A model generated the notes under the pieces. That model saw only the letters and a list, made by a program, of their open reading frames with translations. It searched no databases and was not told the origin of the DNA. The translations under genes were made by a program, and so were the position numbers. A stretch of DNA of 64,000 bases from the human T2T-CHM13v2.0 reference genome, Homo sapiens, in NCBI RefSeq assembly GCF_009914755.1, contig NC_060925.1, one strand, 5' to 3'. Positions 1 to 64,000 of this stretch are shown here, piece by piece; position 1 is the first letter of the stretch; the number at the start of each line of letters is the position of its first letter.

Positions 1-111
1 ATGGGGTTTCACCATGTTGGCCAGGCTGGTCTCGAACTCCTGACCTCAGGTGATCCACCTGCCTTGGCCTCCAAAGTGCTGGGATTACAGGCGTGAGCCA
101 CTGCGCTCGGC
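1..111 (-). mobile_element. Alu (partial, cut by window edge)
   Basis: Reverse Alu left-arm sequence ending ...gcgctcggcc. Confidence 0.9.
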
Positions 112-269
112 CCCGCATCTTAGGGTTTCGAATAAGGGATTGTAGATTTGAATTAAATTAAATTAAATCATTTAATCCTTACAATCATTCTGAGATTGAT
201 TAATCATCCCCATTTTACCGATGAGGAAAATGAGGCTCAGAGAGGGCGAGTAACTCGCTTGGGATCACA

Positions 270-860
270 CAGCGGGCAGGGGACAGAGTAGAGTTCGGGG
301 TCGCGCCGCGCGGCTCCAGTTTCCGTGCCTTCCGCTGCAGCCGACCTGGCGGAACTGTGCGGGCAGACGTGGCAGGGGGACGGGCTGCTGCTGCGCTCGC
401 ACGCCGCATCGCGCAGGTTCTACTTCGTGGCTCCGGACACCGACTGCGGGCTCTGGGTGCAGGCGGCAGCCCCCGGCGATCGGATCCGCTTCCAGTTCCG
501 CTTCTTCCTGGTCTACAGCCTGACCCCCGCGCCCCCGGCGCTCAACACCTCCTCCCCGGCCCCGGCCGACCCGTGCGCCCCCGGCTCCTACCTGCAGTTC
601 TACGAGGGCCCGCCGGGGGCGCCCCGGCCCCTGGGGTCCCCACTGTGCGGCCTGAACATCCCGGTGCCTGTGGCATCCTCCGGACCCTTTCTAGGCCTGC
701 GCCTGGTCACGAGAGGCCGCCAGCCCCGCGTGGACTTCGTGGGCGAAGTCACCTCTTTCCGTCTGGGTGAGCTGGGGCTGAAGGCCGGGACGGGACCCTC
801 TGCAGAGGCCATGCGGGACTGGGGCCACAGTGGGGGCCCCGGTGAGGGCCGCTGCCGACA
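270..860. promoter_or_regulatory. Intragenic CpG island over the LDLRAD2 CUB exon
   Basis: Very GC-rich with dense CpGs (e.g. tcgcgccgcgcgg), unlike the flanks. Confidence 0.7.
341..766 (+). CDS. LDLRAD2: LDLRAD2 internal coding exon (CUB-like domain)
   Basis: tgcag acceptor ends at 340 and gtgag donor starts at 767. 426 nt, phase 1-1. Encodes DLAELCGQTW...DCGLWVQA...CGLNIPVPVASSGPFLGLRLVT...VTSFRL. Confidence 0.93.
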
Positions 861-1036
861 GGGGAATGGCAGGGGTGCCCGAAGCACAAGATGGCAGGGA
901 CTGGGTCCAACGGGAGGGAAGAAGGTGGTGGCTAGTGGCAGAGTCACAATAAGGGACCTCCCGGATCCTAAGAGCCAACCATATAAATCTGGCTACCATG
1001 GATGTGTGCGTCAGACTGTCCTACCAGCCCCAGTGC

Positions 1037-1290
1037 GCACACACATCCACACACATCCACACACAACTTCCTCCCCACACACATTCACACACAACTCCCA
1101 CACGTTCACACCTCACACTCTGACATCCACACCCATGTCACATACGCACAACCCACGCACCTCATCGCCCCCACACACTCCACACTCATGCCTCTCACTG
1201 CAGCACACGCCTCACACTGCACACTCACCATCACACACCTCATATGCACACAGTACCGCCTTGCACACTTACACACAGCTCACATGCTCT
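1037..1290. repeat. CA-rich low-complexity tract
   Basis: Degenerate (CA)n; explains the His/Thr-rich ORF tails here. Confidence 0.8.
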
Positions 1291-1439
1291 CATGCCACAT
1301 GCTGGCTGCTCTGCGCTGGGTCAGCCCTTCAGATGTTTGCAGAAGGGTGTGCTTAGGACTCGCCAGGCCTGTAGGCAGCAGAAACCAACTCAAGCCAGGA
1401 AAGGGCCCTCTTGGAACTGAAATTAATAATACCCGCCCA

Positions 1440-1610
1440 ACTGGGCGCCGTGGCTTTCGCCTGTAATCCCAGCACTTTGGGAGGCCAAGTCATGAGGATC
1501 ACTTGAGCTCAGGAATTCAAGACCAGCCTGGGTGACAGAGAGAGACCTGCCTAAAACAACAACAAAAAATAATTTAAAAAATATAATAATTAAAAAATAA
1601 TAAAATTAAT
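1440..1610 (+). mobile_element. Alu monomer (FLAM-like) with A-rich tail
   Basis: Left-arm Alu motif followed directly by an A/T-rich tail. Confidence 0.75.
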
Positions 1611-1885
1611 AACAGTACTTGCCCCATAGGGGTATTGTGAGGCCTCAATGGGCCAGGATGTGTAGTATTTACGGCTGTGCATGGCACAGAAGAGGAAGTC
1701 AGTACATGTTAGCTGCCATCCTCCACCCTCCTCCCCATGAAACACTCATCCATGTTCTCATCTGCATGCATGAGGGCAGCTCTCTCCTGCCCACACCCCC
1801 ACACTGTCACCATGGGGGCCACACATCCTGCTGTGTCGTGGGCTGGACCGGAATCCTCACCTCAGGCTTCTGCTTCTGGCCTCAG

Positions 1886-2017
1886 GACCTTGTGGTGCCT
1901 ACTTCCGCTGCCAGAATGGCAGGTGCATCCCCTCAAGCCTCGTGTGTGACCCCTGGGGCATGGACAACTGTGGCGATGGCAGTGACCAGGGCTCCTGGTC
2001 ACCAGCTGACTGCAGAG
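1886..2017 (+). CDS. LDLRAD2: LDLRAD2 exon, LDL-receptor class A module
   Basis: ctcag acceptor, gtcagt donor. 132 nt, phase 1-1. [34 protein letters not shown] has the LDLa Cys and acidic pattern. Confidence 0.95.
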
Positions 2018-3284
2018 GTCAGTGCGGGGTGTGGACTGGGCCCTACTGAACAGCTGGAGGGAAGCCTGGCCCTAACTCCCCTTCCCTAGGGCAGGGCCCC
2101 GATGGGGAGGCAGGAGAGAGGAAAGCGGAAGTGTGGAATCGGCTTAGGCCAAGGGCTGGAGGGGCAGAGCAGTCAGGGCCAGAACTATGCTGCAGATGAT
2201 CTCATCCGGCGGATTCCAAATGATGCTTTAGTGGTGGAAACTTTTGCTAAATGGGACCTGGCATGGAGGCCCAAGACATTCAAAGGAGATATCCTCTGCT
2301 TAACTGGATGGTGGGCCTGGGGCCCTGGCTGCCTGATGTCTCTCTGAGGGCCCTGAGTGTCACCCTCAAGACATACTTTGAAAACCATCAATCCAGTCTG
2401 ATTCCCACACTTTACAGATCAGGAAACTGAGGCCTAGAGAGAAGTGACTTGCCCAAGGTCATAAAGCCAGTGAGTAAAATGAGCAGGAATGATCTCTGTA
2501 GACAGGGGAGTGGGATAGGAGGGCTAGGGTTGGTGGAAGGGACCAGAACAAATCACCCAGGAATAACCTTCCTGGGGATCTAAAGATGTCCCACCTGCCC
2601 ACCACACCCAATTAGGAGTGGGATGGAGGTAGGGCTGCCATGTACAGTTGAACAGGGGTGAAATGCAGTTTCCCAGAACCCCACACACTTACCTTCCCCA
2701 TCCCCCGCTCAGCCTTTTTTGCAGGTTCCTGGTCATTTCCCTGATGCTGTATGCTTTGTGCCATGAGACCCAGGTCCTATGTCCCCTTGTCCTCCATCCA
2801 GGCTCATTCCCTTGTGGGTCTCATTTATATCGTATCACCTGTGGGACTTGTCTTTGAACTTCAGCCACATAACCTCCTCCCTGCTCAGCATCTCTGCGTG
2901 GATGTATAGGCGAAATCTCAAACTTAACTTGCCCCATACTGGACTCCTTGTCCACAGCCCTCCCTGCATCCTGCTTCCCTCTCGCTGAGCAGCGACTTCA
3001 CATTCCAGCTGCCCAGGCCTCACTGAGTCATCTTTTACTCCCCGCTTAACCCATAGCCTATAACCCATAACCAAGCCAGTGACAAGTCCTTTGAAAGCTC
3101 TCCAGACTCTGACCCTTCTCACACCTGCTCTGCCATCACCTGGTCTGAGCCACCACCAGCTCTCGTCTGGGTTGTTCTAATAACTTCTGAACTGGTCTCC
3201 CTCCTTCTGTCCTTTGCCTCTGACAACACAGGAAGAAGGAAGCCTGGGGGAGCCTTCTTTTTCTTTTTCTTTTTTTCAAATGAA

Positions 3285-3557
<273 letters not shown>

Positions 3558-3559
3558 AT

Positions 3560-4505
<946 letters not shown>

Positions 4506-4892
4506 TTATGCTTCCCCGCCAGAGGTACCTTTTAAAACAGTAAATCAGGTTATGTCACTATCCTGCTCAAAACCCTCATCACATTCAGCAAAGGCAAAGC
4601 CTCGCCCGGGCTCAAAGGCCCTGCACGATCTGGCCCTGCCCCTTCTTTCCTGGCCTCGCCTCTTCCTTCCTGGCCCCGCCCCCCGCCCCACCCCTCCCTG
4701 GCCCCGCCTCCTCCCTGCCCCACCCCCTCCCTGGCCCCGCCTCCCCTCCACACTCCAGCTTTGTTCTGGCCTTTGTAGTAGCTGTGTCCTCTACCAGAAG
4801 ACTTTTCTTCTGAGATCTGCATTGCAAGCTCGTTCCTTTGCTTCCTGGTGGGTCTCTTTAAGTTCTTCCCTGACTCCTTTATATAAAAATAG

Positions 4893-5203
<311 letters not shown>

Positions 5204-5557
5204 TTATTATTATATTCTAATATGTATATTAGATATGCTTCCTGTACAGCCTGCAGAACTGAGACAATTAAACCTCTTTTCTTTATAAATTACCTTTATA
5301 AATTTATAAATTTATAAATTACCTTTCTTTATAAATTTATAAGAAAATTATAAATTTTCTTTATAAGCATATACATATGTATATTAGAATAGTCAAAATC
5401 ACAGAGACAGGAAGTAGAGCCATGGTCACTAGGGGCTGGGGGGGTGGGGACAAGGAGGATATGGAGTTAATGGAATTGACGGAGTTGATGGAGTTTCCGT
5501 TTGGGCAGATACAAAGTTCTGGAGATGGATGGCGGTGATGGCTGCACAATGTGAGTG

Positions 5558-5972
5558 CGTATTAGTCCATTCTCGCATTGCTATAAAAAAACACCTGAGA
5601 CTGGGTACTTTATAAAGAAAAGAGGTTTAATTATCTCACAGTTCTGCAGGCTATACAGGAAGCATGATGCTGGCATCTGCTCAGCTTCAGGGGATGCCTC
5701 AAGAAACTTACAATCTTGGCAGAAGGCGAGGGGAGCAGGCACAGCCAGAGTAGGAGCAAGAGAGAGTGAGTGGGGAGGCACTGCACACTTTTAAACAACC
5801 AGATCTTGAGAGAACTCACTATCTTGAGAACAGCACCAAACGGATGGTGCTAAACTATTCATGAGAAATCCACCCCCATGATCTAATCACTTCCTACCAG
5901 GCCCCACCTCCAACACTGGGAATTACAATTTGACCTGAGATTTGGGTGGGAACACAGATCCAAACTCTATCA
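5558..5972. mobile_element. MaLR LTR (MST-type) inserted into an L1M 3' fragment (~5370-6040)
   Basis: gtattagtccattctc...aaagaaaagaggtttaatt...gatttgggtgggaacacagatccaaac; L1 sequence resumes after it. Confidence 0.8.
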
Positions 5973-6062
5973 GAATATATTTAATGCCACTGAACTGTAC
6001 CCCTAACCATGGTTAAATGGTAAACGTTATGTGCTTTGCCACAGTAAGAAAAGCGGCAGCCC

Positions 6063-6401
<339 letters not shown>

Positions 6402-6723
6402 TCACTAGCATCTATCTCCTTTAGACATAAATTCTATTCATGTGTTTTGTTTCTCCCCACACTAAACTCCCAGTGCCATGAAGACATATTTGTCATGTGC
6501 TCATGGTTGTATCCCCCAGTTGCTAGAGCCATGCCTGGGGGCATAGGAGATGCTCAAGAAATACTAGTCAAATGAATGGAAGAAGGAACCTCTATGCCTC
6601 AGTTTCCTTATCTGTGAAATGGGGATAAACCTCACCCTTCAGAGTTGTTGTAAACTGTGAGTGGCATACATAGGTAACGGGCCCAGCACAGAGTGTGGTG
6701 CTTGATGCACAGAAAATGCTCAT

Positions 6724-7009
<286 letters not shown>

Positions 7010-7257
7010 TCAGTACATGTACACCCTCTTCCTTGGGAAGTAGCTCCACTCATAGACCTTAGGCCCTGGAGCCAGACCGTGTGAGTTCAAGTCCTCCTAT
7101 CACTTCCAGCTAATTGAACTCGGCAAGTGACAACCTCTCTGTAAAATGGAAACACAGAGTGACAAACTCAGGGAAGTCTTGTGAGGATTGAATGAAACAC
7201 ACAAGTGTCCCAGAAAGGGCAGTTCTCAGTGTGCTAGTTCTGTTCTTTCCCATGCAG

Positions 7258-7419
7258 GTCCCTCTCCGGTGCCCAGCCAGACAGGAAGTACAGATGCCCA
7301 TACCTCCAGATCCCTGACTCCCTCCCCAGCTCTCGGGTCTGCAGGATCCCTCTGGATTGCAGCTGAGAGGAGTTCCCCAGCAGGCAGGGACCCCACGAGA
7401 CAAGACGCAGCTTTGGAAG
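7258..7419 (+). CDS. LDLRAD2: LDLRAD2 exon, Ser/Thr/Pro-rich stalk
   Basis: Polypyrimidine tract plus tgcag acceptor. 162 nt, phase 1-1. PSPVPSQTGST...QDAALE. Weak donor G|gttaca. Confidence 0.85.
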
Positions 7420-7531
7420 GTTACACCTTGCTCCTACTCTTCCCACCAAAATCATACCTGTCCCTCTCTAGGTGATGGAGACGGGGCAGAGGACCCAGGC
7501 CGAGGCCTGAGTGGACTTTCTCTTCCCACAG

Positions 7532-7734
7532 GCCCCCAGCTCTGAGGGGTGGCGCTGGCCTCCTCGATGCTCCTGGCCTCTGCTGGCCTCCTCCTGGGCC
7601 TCCTCTGGTGCTGTTGCTCTCCCAGCTGGCTGGCCTGGCAACCTGGTGCCCGTGGCCTCTGCCTCCACTGCAGCACAGCCTGTACCACGTGCTACCCATG
7701 TCCCAGCCAGGTCTCCCCAGGGGGCTGCAGTTGA
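7532..7734 (+). pseudogene. LDLRAD2: Putative disabled LDLRAD2 transmembrane/cytoplasmic exon
   Basis: Strong acceptor ctttctcttcccacag, phase 1. Reads GPQL-TGA(7543-7545)-GVALASSMLLASAGLLLGLLWCCC...GGCS-stop. Confidence 0.65.
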
Positions 7735-8009
7735 GTGGCCCAGCCTTATAGGATCAGGGAGGCCATCCCTAGAGGGGCTTCGGGCACACGGGAATGATAC
7801 TAGGCTCTGGGGTCAGACTCTTTGGGTTCTAACCCCCTGGCTCTCTGTCTGATGTTGGACAGGCCCCCTAACCCTCTGAGACTCAGCTGCCCCTCTAGAA
7901 AATAGGACAATTCCTGCCTCACAGGGTTGGGGGCCTGGGGGCCTCGCTGATCCCAAGCCAGCTTGCTTCACCCCCAGATCTCACCTGCCCTGCTCTGCCC
8001 CATCCACAG

Positions 8010-8023
8010 GCTCCACTGAGTGA
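8010..8023 (+). CDS. LDLRAD2: LDLRAD2 terminal coding segment (G)STE-stop
   Basis: catccacag acceptor followed by GC TCC ACT GAG TGA. Matches my recollection of the C-terminus ...ALEGSTE. Confidence 0.75.
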
Positions 8024-8049
8024 AGCCCTCATCAAAGACTCAGGAGGCC

Positions 8050-9123
8050 CCTGGCGGGGATAGCACCGTTTATTAAGAAAAATCAAGACAAAGACCACAG
8101 GAGGGTCCCTTCTAGGACACAGAGGCCAGGCGTCCCAACCCCACAGTCTGGGGGCCACTGGCAGGATGGCACTTGAGCTGGATCTTCAGGCTCCTGCAGA
8201 TGGGGCAGGGTGGTCATATCCCCCTCCTCTCTCTCTCAGTCGTGAGTCCTGCCTTCCCCCACCTAAGGCACTAGCTCTTCCTGAGCACCAGCGGCATCCG
8301 TCCGTCCGTTGTCTGTTGGAGGAGTCCCTGGGCCTTCACTTCCAGATGGGTGGGGATGTGGCCTGGGGTGGGCGGGGCCCGGTGGGCGGGGCCCTATCAG
8401 TGCTGGGCTCTGCCTGTAGCAGCTCCTGGTAAGAGTTGGGGTGGGCCTTCCCTTACAGCCCCTGAGGGAGGGACCCCAGGCTGTGTGCTGGCAGGAGCGG
8501 GTGGGAATGCAGGCCAGGAGGACGTGGTAGGAGGGGGAGTCTGCCAGAGGAGGTGCCAGGGGCTGGGTGGAGGTGGGTGGGGGTGCTGAAAAACGAGCTG
8601 GTGGGGATGGGGACCGCCTGCCCAGGGGTGAGCTGCCTTTTGCTCCACAGCCGGCACTAAAGACAATTCCCAATCCTGAGTGGGTGGCAGAGACTCCTGC
8701 GATGCCCGTCTCAGGTAGCTGTGGGGCACCAGCCCACAAGCCGAGGTTGGCTCTCCTAGGAGTGAGAACTGCCCAAGGGCTGCAGAAACAGGCCACCCAG
8801 CTCTATCTGGGGGCTCCATCGGTGGGTAGGGGGACAGTGGGGGCAGTTCTGGGCCCACCCAGCCACTGTTCCTGACCCCAAGTCCTGGTGACTTTCTGAG
8901 GTGCCCACTCCCATCCAACCTGCCTTGCTGGCCAGCCTTGTGGCTTTGCCCAGCTGTGTGTGTGAGGGTGGCATGCCCACCTCCAGTCCAGCCCAGGGCG
9001 GTAGCAGCAAAGCGTGGCATCGCCTCGGTTTCTTACAAAAATTCATAATAATATTAATAATAATATACTCGACATTGTCGGGCTGGGGCGTGGCCCGGGA
9101 GTCCGTGTGGGGCAGGCAGGTGC
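8050..9123 (-). other. HSPG2: HSPG2 3' UTR
   Basis: Between the TAG at 9124-9126 and the inferred cleavage site ~20 nt past AATAAA. Confidence 0.8.
8069..8074 (-). terminator. HSPG2: HSPG2 polyadenylation signal AATAAA
   Basis: Plus-strand tttatt, about 1.05 kb beyond the stop codon. Confidence 0.85.
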
Positions 9124-62481
<53,358 letters not shown>

Positions 62482-62605
62482 CTGCAGGCACAGAGTTGGA
62501 GCTGAAGGACAGCCCATGGGAGAGGCTGCCTGGAGCTCTGGCCGAATCCACCCTCAGTCCAGATAAGAACCCAAGACCCAGGGGAGCCACTGAAGGAGCA
62601 CATGT

Positions 62606-63664
<1,059 letters not shown>

Positions 63665-64000
63665 TGAGCCTCCATTTCCTCATTCACAAATTGGGGACAC
63701 TAATATCTATATCATTGTATCAATGTGACAATGGACAAAGTATGGCAAAAGCAAAGGTACAATGCAGATACAAAGGCTGCATAAAGAATGACTGGGACTT
63801 GAACTGTGGTCACCTGACTCCCTAACCAGTGCTCCTTCCCAACGCCAGGCCACCTGTCCTGGTACGGAAGGCCGGTGGGCCAGGTCCACCAGCCTCTGAC
63901 TGGGTTACCACCCACTGGCCAAGGATCTATGGAGAGGACGGAGCTTCCTTCTTCCTCCTCCCAGCTGTGGTGCTGGGCCCAAGGCCCCTGGGTGGGTGGC

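Noticed and set aside
325-1356. 343-aa ORF as a single-exon gene
   Set aside because: Only 341-766 is the LDLRAD2 exon. The rest is intron read-through into CA-rich low-complexity DNA.
7543-7545. TGA as selenocysteine or programmed readthrough
   Set aside because: The context is TGA-GGG, not TGA-CTAG, and I cannot identify a SECIS. A nonsense substitution is simpler.
7472-7545. Alternative LDLRAD2 acceptor at 7471, in frame with the TM exon
   Set aside because: It needs a 52-nt intron, below the usual human minimum, and hits the same TGA.

Overview
Human genomic DNA (GC-rich, Alu-dense) from the LDLRAD2/HSPG2 locus, identified by recognising the translated proteins. Plus strand: the last four coding exons of LDLRAD2 (CUB-like domain, LDL-receptor class A module, S/T/P-rich stalk, GSTE-stop). 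Minus strand: 76 GT-AG exons of HSPG2/perlecan (62481 down to stop codon 9124-9126). They join into one open 10,491-nt CDS covering the distal part of domain III, all domain IV Ig repeats and domain V (endorepellin). Exon numbers 22-97 assume the canonical 97-exon model. The two genes overlap tail-to-tail. Two main observations go beyond the canonical models. (1) The 6.4-kb HSPG2 intron 33 holds a chain of up to six frame-preserving (phase 0-0) candidate exons, up to 184 aa. The chain includes a furin-type RMRR site and a poly-Ser tract, and ends in a paralog of the L4-domain 'YWQLP..GDK' segment. (2) LDLRAD2 has a phase-compatible exon encoding a transmembrane helix and Cys-rich tail, blocked by an in-frame TGA, which suggests loss of the membrane anchor. 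There is also a 247-bp, 98%-identical intronic duplication and several transposon rearrangements. Repeat family names are by eye and repeat coordinates are approximate.
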